Shown here: piece by piece, positions 47,823 through 58,167 of the stretch | Layout: the number at the start of each line of letters is the position of its first letter | How positions within the stretch are numbered: the first letter of the stretch is position 1 | From: an uncultured bacterium | GTDB taxonomy: Bacteria; JAGRBM01; JAHCIT01 | Length of the DNA: 64,000 bases | NCBI GenBank assembly: GCA_964565925.1 | Contig: CAZMGV010000005.1 | Coordinates: 64,100 to 128,099, forward strand | Reading direction: 5' to 3' | Position numbers and translations under genes: made by a program | The notes under the pieces: generated by a model | Told to the model about the DNA's origin: nothing | The model's database searches: none | What the model saw: the letters and a program-made list of their open reading frames with translations, nothing else

Positions 47823-47844
47823 GCCGGGCGGGTCTGTCCGGGGT

Positions 47845-48417
47845 TTAGAGCGCGACCCCCAGGTTCGCCTGGGATTTCACGCCATACATCGACCATTCGC
47901 CGTCGTTGCGTTCCGCATCCGTGCGAACCACCCGGGAGAGATCGACTTGGGCATGGGCATCGAATACCGCTCCGCGGATGTCGGCACCGGCCAGTTTGGC
48001 ACCGGCCAGTTTGGCGCCTCTCAGGTCGGCTCCCCGAAGGTCGGCAAACGAGAGATCGGCGTTTTCCAGGTTGGCTTTACGAAGGTCGGCTCTGACCAGC
48101 TTCGAGCGGCTCAGGTTTGCCTGGCTGAAGTTGGTGGCCGTGGCGTTTACCTGGTTCATCACCGTGAACCGCAGGTCTGCGGAGGCGAAGTTCTTCTGGG
48201 AGAGATCGGAGCCGGAAAGGTTCCGGGCCGCGAGCCGGATTCCCGAACAGCTGGAGGCCGCCTGCGACTCCACGCATCCGGTATTCCGGCTGGCGGTGTT
48301 GTAGTCGACGCCGCGAACTTCGGCCGCGCATCCCGATCCGAGCAGCGCGGAGGCCAGAATCAGGCAGCCTGTCGCCGCCATATTGAGGATCATCTTGGTT
48401 TCGATGCTGGTTTTCAT
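47845..48417 (-). CDS. Pentapeptide-repeat lipoprotein
   Basis: Signal peptide plus lipobox (LLGSGC). Tandem A(D/N)LxxA pentapeptide repeats follow (LSGSDLSQKNFASADLRF...ANLSRSKLVRADLRKANLENADLSFADLRGADLRGAKLAGAKLAGADIRGA). Confidence 0.65.
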   Translation of the reverse strand: MKTSIETKMILNMAATGCLILASALLGSGCAAEVRGVDYNTASRNTGCVESQAASSCSGIRLAARNLSGSDLSQKNFASADLRFTVMNQVNATATNFSQANLSRSKLVRADLRKANLENADLSFADLRGADLRGAKLAGAKLAGADIRGAVFDAHAQVDLSRVVRTDAERNDGEWSMYGVKSQANLGVAL

Positions 48418-48776
48418 GACTGTTCTCCCTTGACGGGAGTTACAAAGCAAACCCGGTGCCAAATGCCAGAACTGCCGGTTTCTCCCCGATTTCGATCCCA
48501 ACGCCACCGTAATATAGGGATTTATGCCCGAACCGGTGACGGATCTCGTGAGTTCCGTAGTCCGCAGATACCCGGCCGCCCCAGGGCGGGGTCTTTGGTG
48601 ACTTCGACTGGTGGCGGGCGGCCGGTCGGGTTTGAAATTCGTGTGCGGCTTACTGGCTGTTATTGCAGGGGTTTTCGCAAATATCCGGGGTGTTCCTGGG
48701 ACGGCACATGGTTTGCGTATGGATACCCAGTGGCTGAGAGGCCCGAGTGTATTCCATATCCAAAGGGAGGTCCGTC

Positions 48777-49775
48777 ATGAACAGTTCAGCAAAGAAGGCA
48801 CCCAAGGTGTCTGCCGAAAAGAAGCGTCCGGCGGCCGTCCGCCCGGTAGTTGCGCGGAAAGCCGCCGTTGAAAAGAAAGCGGTGGCGAAGAGCCCGGTCA
48901 AAACCCGCCGTGCGGTGGTAGCGAAGAAACCGGTGGCACGCCGTCGTACTAGTACGAAGGTGAGCACGGAAAAACCGAGCGTCGCGGAGCTCATTGAAAA
49001 TCCGATGGACTACGCAATCCCGCTGATGGCTTCGGCGGTCGCCCATGAAACTCACGGGCCAGAGATGGCAAAAACCCAGGGCACGCGAGCCGATGGCGGA
49101 AGCCGCCGGAAAGTGAGCGCGACGTCGGTTCTGTTGATGACGGTCTGTGCTGCGGCACTGATCGCTGGGGGATCGATTGCCATCGGATCGTCTGGCAGGA
49201 CTCATCAGCCAGCGCCGTCGAAGACCCAGTCCTACGAACCGGCAGCGTCCGGAGCGGGCCATGCGAATCGCCCGGCATTCATCGAACCGGTCGCCGCCAT
49301 TGGTCCGGCGGTTCAGCATCCGGTCCAGCCGGCAGTCCGGGTCATGCCGCTGCGGTCGGCTGCGGGTTCGGCGCAGGATGTCAGCTGGGCGAATGAAATT
49401 ATCCAGGGGCGAATGAACCGCATTGCGGGTCTTTACTCCCTGTTTCGTTCGGCCGGGCCAGAGCTGACCGGAACGCTGGCGGCTCATCTTGAAGTGGAAC
49501 CCGACGGTCATGTCGGCCGGGCCTGGCTGGAAACCGACTCGATTAACAACACGGAGTTCAGCCAGAAGGTGATCCGGGAACTGATCACCGCCCGGTTCGC
49601 ACCGACCGGCATGACCGGACCGGTCGGACTGATCGTTCCGATCGGGTTCGGAAATGCCGGGACGAAACTGATGGCGGTAGCGGCCCACAACGCACGGATG
49701 CCTGGCGACACCGCCGTGCCCGGTACCGACACGTTCGCCGGTGCCGCGACTTCCGAGACACAGCGGAACTCCTGA
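48777..49775 (+). CDS. Membrane-anchored protein with a Lys/Ala-rich histone-H1-like N-terminus and a C-terminal AgmX/PglI- or TonB-C-like domain
   Basis: The N-terminus MNSSAKKAPKVSAEKKRPAAVRPVVARKAAVEKKAVAKSPVKTRRAVVAKKPVARRR is followed by a TM segment (VLLMTVCAAALIAGGSIAI). The C-terminal ~90 aa (VGRAWLETDSINNTEFSQKVIRELITARFAP) are TonB-C/AgmX-like. This family call is from memory. Confidence 0.45.
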   Translation: MNSSAKKAPKVSAEKKRPAAVRPVVARKAAVEKKAVAKSPVKTRRAVVAKKPVARRRTSTKVSTEKPSVAELIENPMDYAIPLMASAVAHETHGPEMAKTQGTRADGGSRRKVSATSVLLMTVCAAALIAGGSIAIGSSGRTHQPAPSKTQSYEPAASGAGHANRPAFIEPVAAIGPAVQHPVQPAVRVMPLRSAAGSAQDVSWANEIIQGRMNRIAGLYSLFRSAGPELTGTLAAHLEVEPDGHVGRAWLETDSINNTEFSQKVIRELITARFAPTGMTGPVGLIVPIGFGNAGTKLMAVAAHNARMPGDTAVPGTDTFAGAATSETQRNS

Positions 49776-49899
49776 AATTCAAAGGCAGCGGGGTGATGGC
49801 TTTCCCGGGCGACCGAAAGGTTTCCCTGGAAAGCCGCTTTCGGGCAGCGTTTTGCCGGGTTCCCGGTTGTCACAAAATGGTTCGATATATGGACATCTG

Positions 49900-52800
49900 A
49901 TGCAGAAATGCGAATTGCGCGTGGACAGCTTCCGCAGCTCGGATATAAGCTGGAGCACACACCATTATGAAAGTCCGGCCGGCAGGGGCGGCGGGCGACT
50001 CACAGGCGGCGGGCAATTGGACGAAATACGCGCTGCAAATACCTCCTCGGGGCGCAGGCTGCTTCTGCTCCAGTTCGCTGCGGCGGCGCTGGCAGTGGCG
50101 GCCGGACTGCTCGGTCCGCCAGCCAGCGAGGTCGCACTTGCGCTTCTTCTAGGAGTGCTGGTTCTTTCCGGCTGGCTGATAGTTCGTAATCCCGGCGGCC
50201 GCGGAGCTGCGATAAAATCCGCCGGAATGCGAATCGACGAACTGGAACGGTCCCTCGGCATTCTCCGCGAGGGTGAGGCCAGATACCGCCGGATACTCGA
50301 TGTCTCGGGAGTGATCGGCTGGCAGGGCCGCCCGGGCTCTCTGGATATGGAATACGTGGTTGGACGGCCGGATGCACTGCTGGGATACAGCGCCGACGAA
50401 TGGTGCAGCCCGGACTTCTGGTTAAACCATCTCCACCCGGAAGACCGGGAAACCGCGAAAGAACTCTGCACTTACTACACCTCCCGGGGCGAAGATCACC
50501 AGTTCGACTACCGGATGGTTGCCGCCGATGGCCGGATCGTCTGGCTCCGTGACCACGTTACCGTCCACTGGAAAGACGGAAAGCCGGACCTGCATACGGG
50601 TGTGATGGTCGACATCAGCAAGGCCAAGCAGGTCGAGGAGCAGTTCCGGATTCTCGAGGCCGCGATCCACAGCAGCCACGACGAAATCATCATCACGGAT
50701 ACGGAGACCGAGGGTGCCGGACCGAAGATCCTCTATGTGAATACGGGCACCTGCCGCAAGACCGGATATCTGCCGGCCGAGATCATCGGTCAGCCCCTGT
50801 CTGTTTTTCACGGTCCGCTGACCGATGCGACGACCGGACGGCAGATCAGCGAGGCCCTGAAGCAGCGCGAAACCTATTCGGGCGAAGCCGTGCTGTACCG
50901 GAAGGACGGAACGCCTTACTTTGCCGAATACCGGGTGTCCCCGGTGCTGGATAACCAGGGCAGGGTGATCAACTTCATCGGCATCCGGCGGGATATTACC
51001 GAGCGGCGGTTTGCCGAGAACGCCTTGCGCGAGAGCGAGGCCAAATACCGCCAGTTCATCGAATCGACGAGCGAGGGGGTCTGGAGTCTCGATTCGAAGC
51101 TGAACACCGTATTTATCAATCGCCGGCTGGCCGAGATGCTCGGCTACTCGGTCGACGAATTCATCCGCCGGCCCGTGCAGGAGTTCTTCGCCCCGGAAGA
51201 CCGGGAGATGCTTCAGAAGGAACTGGAAAACCGGAAGCTAGGGAGGGCGGGTCACTACGACTGCCGGCTGATCCGCAAAGACGGAACGATCCTGTGGGCG
51301 AGCTTCGCCGCAAACCCGATTCTGGACGAGACCGGCACGTTCAAAGCTTCTGTCGCACTGGTCACCGATGTCACCGAGCGCAGGCAGGCGGAAGACGAGA
51401 TCCGGAGGTCCCGCTATTTTCTGCAGAACAGCCTGGACGCGCTGCCTTCCAGTATCGCGATACTCGACGAAAAGGGTGTGGTCATTTCGGTAAACTCGGA
51501 ATGGAACCGCTTCGCCGCCGGCAATGGCGGGTCGCTTGAGAAATGCGGGGTGGGCGCCAGCTACCTGGAAGTCTGCGACAAGGCGCAGGCCGGGGGATGC
51601 GACGAGGCGGCGGACGTCGCCCGTGCGATTCGCGGGATTATCGCCGGCCGCCACGATCCGTTCCAGATCGAATATCCATGCCACGGCGACGGCGTAAAAC
51701 GCTGGTTCAGCATGTCCATGACGGTCTTTATGGACAACGGCGTACCGCGAATTGTCGTGGAACACGCCAACGTTACGGAGAGAACCCTGGCCGAGCAGGC
51801 GCTCAAACAGTCGCTCTCCCGGATCGAAGAGGGCAAGTACGAATGGGAGGCGAGTGTGGATGCGCTCCCCCAGGCGGTCTGTCTCCTGGACACGACGGGG
51901 CGTATCGTCCGGGTGAACCGGACCATCGAAGCCTGGGACCTCGGGCGGGTGGAGACCATTGGCGGTATCGAATTCCGCAAGATGCTCGCCCAGCTGGAAC
52001 TCGACGAGCTTGCGAAGCCGAAACTCGAATCGGCCTGGGCCGCACTGTCCGAAGGAAAGAGCCCCGTTATCGAACTGGCCGAACTGGGCACGAAAGGGCG
52101 GCGGTTCCGGGTGAATATGCATCCGATCATCCAGCAGGTCCGGCTGGACCGGACGGAAGGCACGCAGCCCTATGCGGTTGCGGTGATCTCCGATATTACG
52201 GAGCAGGTCCAGGCGGATGAGCGCCGGAACCAGCTCGAAGAGCAGCTTCTGCAGGCGCAGAAGATGAACGCCGTCGGCAAGCTGGCCGGCGGCATAGCGC
52301 ACGACTTCAACAACCTGCTGGTCGTCATCAACGGATATGCGCAGGTCCTGCGCGGGTCGCTGCCCGAGGGTTCACGGGAACGGGAAGACGTGACCAGTAT
52401 CCTCGATGCGGGGGAACGTGCCGCCGGCCTCACGCGGCAGCTGCTGGCTTTCAGCCGCCAGCAGCCGTCGGCGCCGAAGATCACTTCGGTGAACAAGTCG
52501 ATCGGCGGGCTGGAAAAACTGGTCAGGCGGTTGATCCGGGAGAATATCAAGCTCGATTTCCGGCTGACCGATTCGCCATGGAATGTGCTCGCCGACGAGG
52601 CGCATCTGGAACAGGTGCTGATGAACCTGGCGCTGAACGCGCAGGACGCGATGGCCGACGGCGGCTCGCTGGAGATCGTGACGGAGAACGTGCCGGTTAC
52701 CGTGGACAGTCCGCACTATTTCCGGGGTGTCGACCCGGGCGACTATGTGCTCCTGATCGTCAACGATACCGGTACCGGAATGAGCGAAGAGGTGCAGGGC

Positions 52801-53376
52801 AGGGCATTCGAACCGTTCTTTACCACCAAGGATGTCGGCAAGGGCACGGGGCTCGGACTTTCCGTCGTCTACGCCCTCATCCAGAACATGCACGGGCACG
52901 TCCGGATCGAAACCGCACCGGGGCACGGCACCAGTATTTTTGTGTATATCCCGGCGGTACGGTCGGGCGATGTGGACAGTTTCGCGGCGGATGTGGCCCC
53001 GGCTGGCGGGACCGAAACCCTTCTGGTGGTGGAAGATGAAGAGGCGGTCCGGGGAGTCGCCGTCAGGTCGCTCAAGGCGAGCGGTTACCGGATTCTGGAG
53101 GCCGCCAATGCGGACGAGGCGTTGGGTGTTTCGGATTCGTTCCCGGGCACGATCGACCTGCTGCTGACCGATGTCGTAATGCCCGGTATGGACGGAACGA
53201 AACTCGCGGAAGAACTCCGGCGGCGCCGTCCCGGGATCCGGGTCCTGTTCATGTCAGGTTATCCCGGCCGCTCGGTCTCGCTCATCGACACCATCGAACC
53301 GGACCGGCTCATCAACAAGCCGTACGACATCCAGTTCCTGTCACGTAAAGTACGGGAGACGCTGGACAGGCGCTGA
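49900..53376 (+). CDS. Large multi-PAS hybrid sensor histidine kinase (TM anchor, ~5 PAS/PAC modules, HisKA, HATPase_c, C-terminal REC)
   Basis: Repeated PAS/PAC signatures (e.g. GRIVWLRDHVTVHWKDGKPDL, GRVINFIGIRRDITERR, TFKASVALVTDVTERRQAE). The H-box is AGGIAHDFNNLL, HATPase is GTGLGLSVVYALI, and the C-terminal REC is LLVVEDEEAVR...LLTDVVMPGMDG. The start is uncertain, in the 49741-49900 range. Confidence 0.8.
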   Translation: MQKCELRVDSFRSSDISWSTHHYESPAGRGGGRLTGGGQLDEIRAANTSSGRRLLLLQFAAAALAVAAGLLGPPASEVALALLLGVLVLSGWLIVRNPGGRGAAIKSAGMRIDELERSLGILREGEARYRRILDVSGVIGWQGRPGSLDMEYVVGRPDALLGYSADEWCSPDFWLNHLHPEDRETAKELCTYYTSRGEDHQFDYRMVAADGRIVWLRDHVTVHWKDGKPDLHTGVMVDISKAKQVEEQFRILEAAIHSSHDEIIITDTETEGAGPKILYVNTGTCRKTGYLPAEIIGQPLSVFHGPLTDATTGRQISEALKQRETYSGEAVLYRKDGTPYFAEYRVSPVLDNQGRVINFIGIRRDITERRFAENALRESEAKYRQFIESTSEGVWSLDSKLNTVFINRRLAEMLGYSVDEFIRRPVQEFFAPEDREMLQKELENRKLGRAGHYDCRLIRKDGTILWASFAANPILDETGTFKASVALVTDVTERRQAEDEIRRSRYFLQNSLDALPSSIAILDEKGVVISVNSEWNRFAAGNGGSLEKCGVGASYLEVCDKAQAGGCDEAADVARAIRGIIAGRHDPFQIEYPCHGDGVKRWFSMSMTVFMDNGVPRIVVEHANVTERTLAEQALKQSLSRIEEGKYEWEASVDALPQAVCLLDTTGRIVRVNRTIEAWDLGRVETIGGIEFRKMLAQLELDELAKPKLESAWAALSEGKSPVIELAELGTKGRRFRVNMHPIIQQVRLDRTEGTQPYAVAVISDITEQVQADERRNQLEEQLLQAQKMNAVGKLAGGIAHDFNNLLVVINGYAQVLRGSLPEGSREREDVTSILDAGERAAGLTRQLLAFSRQQPSAPKITSVNKSIGGLEKLVRRLIRENIKLDFRLTDSPWNVLADEAHLEQVLMNLALNAQDAMADGGSLEIVTENVPVTVDSPHYFRGVDPGDYVLLIVNDTGTGMSEEVQGRAFEPFFTTKDVGKGTGLGLSVVYALIQNMHGHVRIETAPGHGTSIFVYIPAVRSGDVDSFAADVAPAGGTETLLVVEDEEAVRGVAVRSLKASGYRILEAANADEALGVSDSFPGTIDLLLTDVVMPGMDGTKLAEELRRRRPGIRVLFMSGYPGRSVSLIDTIEPDRLINKPYDIQFLSRKVRETLDRR

Positions 53377-53545
53377 AGCGGGTTTATTCGAAATAGGGTA
53401 GGGGCAGCGGAAAATATGAGTAGTTGCCAGTTTCTATCAAGTTGGGATTGAATAGCTCCTACTGCACCACGGTCTGCTCAGCCCCCGAGTAATCACGGGC
53501 AGGGGAAACTGCGCCAGATAACCGATTGCCCGGTATGACTCCGAT

Positions 53546-55960
53546 ATGGCGAAGCCGTCCCTTATTTCCGTTTTTTTTGCCGCACCCGTGCTGGATACGG
53601 AAGAGAGGACGTTTCAGGCCATACGGTTCTTTCGTGCCTTATGGGCGATTGTTTCCGTCGTTTCATTTTTCCTTTGCCTGCTGATTTTCGCGCAGCCTGA
53701 AACAGCCGTCCGGCGTCTGGTGACGGTATTCATCCTTTTCGTGATGGGGATGGCGTTGCTGCTGGTGAATCGCGCAGGCCGCACCCGGTTGGCGAGCTGG
53801 GTTCTACTGCTCGGATTGACCGCGCTGCTCACCCAGCGGACCTATACTTCCGGCGGTATCGGAGCGTCGGCGACGGCGCTTTATGCCGTTCTGGTCATGC
53901 TGGCTGGGCTTCTGTTGGGTGAGTCCGGCGGCGCGGCGATCGCCGCGCTGTCTATTGTCATCAACTACTGGCTAATGCGCGAAACCGTCGCCGGTAAGCT
54001 GCCGCCCACCGAGCTCCACTATACGCCGCTGACGATGCTGCTGTACATCGTGATGGCTGTCTGCTGGACCGTCACTATCCAGCAACTGGTTTCGTGGTCG
54101 TTGCGCTGGACTCTCAAGCGCGTGGCCGACGAAGCGGACGAAAGAAAAAGGGCGCAACTCCGGCTCCGGCTCGCGCTCGATGCCGGAAGTATCGGCGTGT
54201 GGGACTGGAACCTGTCCACGGCGCTCATCACGGCGGACGAGAGAACCTTCCGCCTGCATGGGCTGCCGCACGCCGACGGGGCCCAGATTCCGATTGAACG
54301 GTGGATGGAAACCGTGCACCCGGATGACCGCGAGCGGGTTCGAACGTCCATTACTCGCGTGGGACAGGACAGGTCCGAACTCAAGTGCGTATTTCGTGTC
54401 ATCCAGCCGGACGACGCAGTCAAATATCTCGAATGTGCCGGTATCGGCGAAACCGATGGCCGGGGCAACCTGATTCGGGTGGTCGGGACACACAGGGACA
54501 TCACCGACCAGAAGGACGCCGAACGGGAAAAAGCGATTCTGCTCTATAACCTGACCGAGCGGTTGAAGGAGCTGAGGCTGCTGCATCAGGCGGCCCGGCT
54601 GTTCCAGCAACGGAAGCCGTCGCTCGAGGCGTTAATGCATGAACTGGCGGATCTTATGCCTCCTGCGTGGCAATTCCCCGAATGCTGCCAGGCGCGGATC
54701 GTTTTTGGCGATATAGACGCGCGCACGTCCGGCTGGACCGATTCGGAGTGGCGACAGGAGGTGCAATTCTCCACCAGCTACGGCAAGGGAAGTATCGAGG
54801 TCATTTATACCGAGGCCAAACCGGACTTTGCCGAAGGGCCGTTCCTGAAAGAAGAACGTGCGCTGCTTGAATCACTGGCGGAATATCTGGTTTCCCATAT
54901 CGAACTGCATAACTACCAGCGGGGGCTGGAATCGCTGGTCGACATACGGACCGCCGAACTCCAGGCCGCCAAGGAGGCGGCCGAAAGTGCCAGCCGCGCC
55001 AAGAGCGAGTTTTTTACAAATCTCAGTCACGAGATACGCACGCCGATGAACTCCATCCTCGGGTATGCGCAGATACTCTCTGCCGACGAGGCGCTCGGCC
55101 GGGAAACCCGCCGGAAACTGGACGCGATCCGTTCGAGCGGAGATCATCTTCTGTGCCTGATCAACGACATTCTCGAAATGTCGCGGATCGAGGCGGGACG
55201 CACGACGCTGATCGAGACCCAGTTTAACCTTGTGTCCCTGCTGGATCAGGTGCACTCGATGTTTGCAGGGCAGGCGCAGACTCGCGGCCTGAGCTTCGAG
55301 ATTGTAAAGACCCCTGATCTGGCCGGCAATCTGGTAGGCGATCCGGGGAAAATCAGACAGGTGCTGATCAATATCGTCGGAAACGCGATCAAGTTTACCG
55401 AAAAGGGCGGTGTCACGATCAAGGCCGCATCGCATCCGGTGGCCGATTCTGACCGTCTCGCCGTCACTATCGAGGTTGCTGATACCGGTCCGGGAATGTC
55501 GATAGAAGACCAGGAGCGGATATTTACCGCCTTCGGGCAAACCCGCCAGGGTGAACGCAAGGGCGGTACGGGGCTCGGACTCGTTATTAGCCGGAATTTT
55601 GCACGGATGATGAATGGCGACGTCTCTGTTTGGAGCGAACCTGGTGCCGGATGCACCTTTGCATTCAGATTCGAGGCGGTACCGGTGGCCGGTGAAAATC
55701 AGGCGGCCATATATGCGCCTTCGCCGGTCCGGAAGCCGGATTCGATCGGCAATTCGGCGACAGACCTCCAGGCGGTATTCGGAGCTTTGCCCAAGGAGAT
55801 GGCGGACAGGTTGCGAGAGGCCGCCCGGGCGGGCCGCGCGGTGGGGCTGATGAGACTGGCGGATCAGGTGGCGGCATTTTCCCAGCCTGCGGCGGAAGCC
55901 ATCCGCCGGGCGGCGGGGGATTACCGCTATAAGGATATCGTGAGGGCACTCGACAGATGA
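53546..55960 (+). CDS. Sensor histidine kinase (polytopic membrane N-terminus, PAS, GAF-like region, HisKA, HATPase_c, C-terminal helical extension)
   Basis: ~6 N-terminal TM helices. The PAS is GSIGVWDWNLST...HPDDRERV. The H-box is FFTNLSHEIRTPMNSILGY, and HATPase is GNAIKFTEKGG...GTGLGLVISRNFARMM. Confidence 0.75.
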   Translation: MAKPSLISVFFAAPVLDTEERTFQAIRFFRALWAIVSVVSFFLCLLIFAQPETAVRRLVTVFILFVMGMALLLVNRAGRTRLASWVLLLGLTALLTQRTYTSGGIGASATALYAVLVMLAGLLLGESGGAAIAALSIVINYWLMRETVAGKLPPTELHYTPLTMLLYIVMAVCWTVTIQQLVSWSLRWTLKRVADEADERKRAQLRLRLALDAGSIGVWDWNLSTALITADERTFRLHGLPHADGAQIPIERWMETVHPDDRERVRTSITRVGQDRSELKCVFRVIQPDDAVKYLECAGIGETDGRGNLIRVVGTHRDITDQKDAEREKAILLYNLTERLKELRLLHQAARLFQQRKPSLEALMHELADLMPPAWQFPECCQARIVFGDIDARTSGWTDSEWRQEVQFSTSYGKGSIEVIYTEAKPDFAEGPFLKEERALLESLAEYLVSHIELHNYQRGLESLVDIRTAELQAAKEAAESASRAKSEFFTNLSHEIRTPMNSILGYAQILSADEALGRETRRKLDAIRSSGDHLLCLINDILEMSRIEAGRTTLIETQFNLVSLLDQVHSMFAGQAQTRGLSFEIVKTPDLAGNLVGDPGKIRQVLINIVGNAIKFTEKGGVTIKAASHPVADSDRLAVTIEVADTGPGMSIEDQERIFTAFGQTRQGERKGGTGLGLVISRNFARMMNGDVSVWSEPGAGCTFAFRFEAVPVAGENQAAIYAPSPVRKPDSIGNSATDLQAVFGALPKEMADRLREAARAGRAVGLMRLADQVAAFSQPAAEAIRRAAGDYRYKDIVRALDR

Positions 55961-57102
55961 ACACGGATTTCAAACCGGATGCTACGGTCAGCATCATGCT
56001 GGTGGATGACACCGCCGAAAATCTGCGGCTGCTGGCGGATCTCCTGGATGTGCGCGGGTACGATGTGAGGCCGTATACGAGCGGAGCCGAAGCGCTGGAG
56101 GGTGTTGCCCATACGCCGCCGGACCTCATCCTGCTGGACATCACGATGCCCGGCATGGACGGCTTCGAGGTCTGCCGCCGGCTGAAGGAGGATTATCGCT
56201 GGCAGGACATTCCTGTAATCTTCCTCACGGCGCTCAACGATGTCGAGAACAAGGTGAAGGGGTTCTCCGCCGGCGCGGTCGATTACATCACCAAACCGTT
56301 CAATCGCGACGAAGTGCTCGCCCGGGTGGCCACACATATCGCCCTGCGGCGTGCGCACCAGCAACTGGCAGAGAATCTGGAGCGGCTGAAAGATCTGGAA
56401 AGGCTCCGCGATGATCTCGTGAATATGATTATTCACGATATGCGGTCGCCGCTCACAGTGATGTCCGGCTATCTGCAGATTCTGCGGCTGAGCGTGCGGG
56501 GCGATGACGCGTCGGTGCTCGGGCACGCTATATCCGGTACCGAACAGTTGCGCCAGATGACGAACACGCTGCTCGACGTCAGCCGGTTGGAGGCCGAACG
56601 GATGCCGATCGAATTGGCGTTGTGCGATGTCGCTGCGCTTGCCGATTCAGTACGGACCTCCCTGCATGCGATGGAACCGGGCCGTGTCATCGTTTTAAAC
56701 GCGCTTGGCTCTTTCAAGGTTCATTGCGACAGCGGCCTGATCCGGCGTGTGCTCGAAAACCTGGTCAGCAACGGAATCAAGCACACGCCTCCTGGCGAAC
56801 CGATCCTTATCAAGCTGAAATTGCTGCCGGACCGGGTGCGGGTTGCAGTCCGGGATCAGGGCGCCGGGGTGCCGCCCGAACTCCAAAAACGGATTTTTGA
56901 GAAGTTCGGTGCCGTGAGGGCGCGCAAGGACAAGGCGTACCATTCGGCAGGTCTTGGACTTGCCTTCTGCAAGCTCGCAGTCGAAGCCCACGGCGGTTCA
57001 ATCGGTGTAGACAGCGTCCAGCCTAATGGGAGCGAATTCTGGTTTGAGCTGCCGCTCTCCGGGCCTGCGACGGACAAAACAAAATCACCCCCATTGGAAT
57101 GA
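55957..57102 (+). CDS. Response-regulator/histidine-kinase hybrid (N-terminal REC followed by HisKA + HATPase_c)
   Basis: REC is IMLVDDTAENLRLL...LILLDITMPGMDGFEVCRRLK...DYITKPF. The H-box is MIIHDMRSPLTV, and HATPase is VSNGIKHT...DQGAGVP...GLGLAFCKL. Its start overlaps the upstream kinase's stop (ATGA). Confidence 0.8.
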   Translation: MNTDFKPDATVSIMLVDDTAENLRLLADLLDVRGYDVRPYTSGAEALEGVAHTPPDLILLDITMPGMDGFEVCRRLKEDYRWQDIPVIFLTALNDVENKVKGFSAGAVDYITKPFNRDEVLARVATHIALRRAHQQLAENLERLKDLERLRDDLVNMIIHDMRSPLTVMSGYLQILRLSVRGDDASVLGHAISGTEQLRQMTNTLLDVSRLEAERMPIELALCDVAALADSVRTSLHAMEPGRVIVLNALGSFKVHCDSGLIRRVLENLVSNGIKHTPPGEPILIKLKLLPDRVRVAVRDQGAGVPPELQKRIFEKFGAVRARKDKAYHSAGLGLAFCKLAVEAHGGSIGVDSVQPNGSEFWFELPLSGPATDKTKSPPLE

Positions 57103-57138
57103 CGGTTTCACTCTATCGGTCCGTTGTAAGGGGAAAAG

Positions 57139-57215
<77 letters not shown>

Positions 57216-57295
57216 GTAGAACTGGTCCGTTTTCAGGCCCGCCTGGACGGCGGTTTGAACGGATCAGGTCGTGGGTCCCGGTGCCAGAGTCCATT

Positions 57296-57371
57296 TGGTG
57301 GGCGGTACAGGGCTCGAACCTGTGGCCCCCGCCGTGTAAAGGCGATGCTCTACCAACTGAGCTAACCGCCC
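57296..57371 (-). tRNA. tRNA-Val (anticodon UAC)
   Basis: The reverse complement folds as GGGCGGT-TA-GCTC-AGTTGGTA-GAGC-A-TCGCC-TTTACAC-GGCGG-GGGCC-ACAGG-TTCGAGC-CCTGT-ACCGCCC-A-CCA, with a TAC anticodon. Confidence 0.8.
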
Positions 57372-57446
57372 GGGGTGCGCTTTCCTACCTGTGAGCGGTG
57401 GTAACTGTCAATATCGCGGGAACGATTAGATAATAATTTCCCGCAT

Positions 57447-58007
57447 TCAGATGCGGGTAGAGCCCCAGGCGGCCCCTTGCCAGGATTTCACGTCGAAATC
57501 TCCGGAGATGCGGATATAGATCGCGTGCGTCTGGCCCTTGTCGTTGTGAATGTAAATGAGGCCCGGAAAGCCGGTAAGCAGCCCTTCTTCGAACACGATT
57601 TCGTCGTTCTCGAAGGTGACGCCGTCATCGGTGGCGGCCAGATCCGTCCCGTTGGGGAGCTTGAGGCCCGGGTAGGGAGTGACGGTGCCCAGATAGCCGA
57701 ACTTCAGGCCGCCCGGGAGCGTGTATTTTTCAACTTCGGTGGTGGAGCCGGCCGGTCCTGCCTGCAGGCTTAACTGGCGGCTGGCGGTGCTGATCCGGAT
57801 GACCGCACGGCCCTTGTCGACCGACGCCTTGCGCGCCGCGACAACCAGCTGACCGATATGGGAGGACGCCTGCTCAAGGGCGGCTCCGGGCGCGAACGAC
57901 AGGTAGTTCGGCAGCGTGAAGGCGACCAACGTAGCGAAGATCAGGATCGGGGCCACGATTTCCAGCGGGTGGAGTCGTGCTTTGTTCGCAACAGCGGCGG
58001 TTTCCAT
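57447..58007 (-). CDS. Hypothetical protein with an N-terminal hydrophobic helix (possible pseudopilin/GspH-like or signal-anchored protein)
   Basis: 186-aa ORF. The N-terminal LEIVAPILIFATLVAFTLP hydrophobic helix is followed by a beta-rich domain. There is no canonical prepilin G-F/M-xxxE motif, so the pilin call is weak. Confidence 0.3.
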   Translation of the reverse strand: METAAVANKARLHPLEIVAPILIFATLVAFTLPNYLSFAPGAALEQASSHIGQLVVAARKASVDKGRAVIRISTASRQLSLQAGPAGSTTEVEKYTLPGGLKFGYLGTVTPYPGLKLPNGTDLAATDDGVTFENDEIVFEEGLLTGFPGLIYIHNDKGQTHAIYIRISGDFDVKSWQGAAWGSTRI

Positions 58008-58145
58008 GTTCGGGGGAAATAACTACCGGATTTCGGGTAGTTTTGTAAACCCGTTTAGGCATTTTCAGCGTTTTTTTTGAGATCCCCCGTATCCGTTGTG
58101 TGGCCATGCAGACCGCGGACCGGTGCCGGAACCTGAAAATGGAAA

Positions 58146-58167
58146 GGGCCGCAAGGCGGCCCTTTCT
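58146..58167 (-). terminator. Rho-independent terminator-like hairpin (GGGCCGC-aag-GCGGCCC followed by a T-rich tract on both strands), immediately downstream of the small basic protein gene
   Basis: Read directly from the sequence: aaagGGCCGCaagGCGGCCCtttctgg, with the reverse complement followed by TTTCCATTTTC. Confidence 0.5.

Noticed and set aside
57447-58007. Type IV pilin/pseudopilin assignment for the 186-aa protein
   Set aside because: It has an N-terminal hydrophobic helix but lacks the G-(F/M)-T-L-x-E prepilin peptidase motif. It is kept only as a low-confidence hypothetical.
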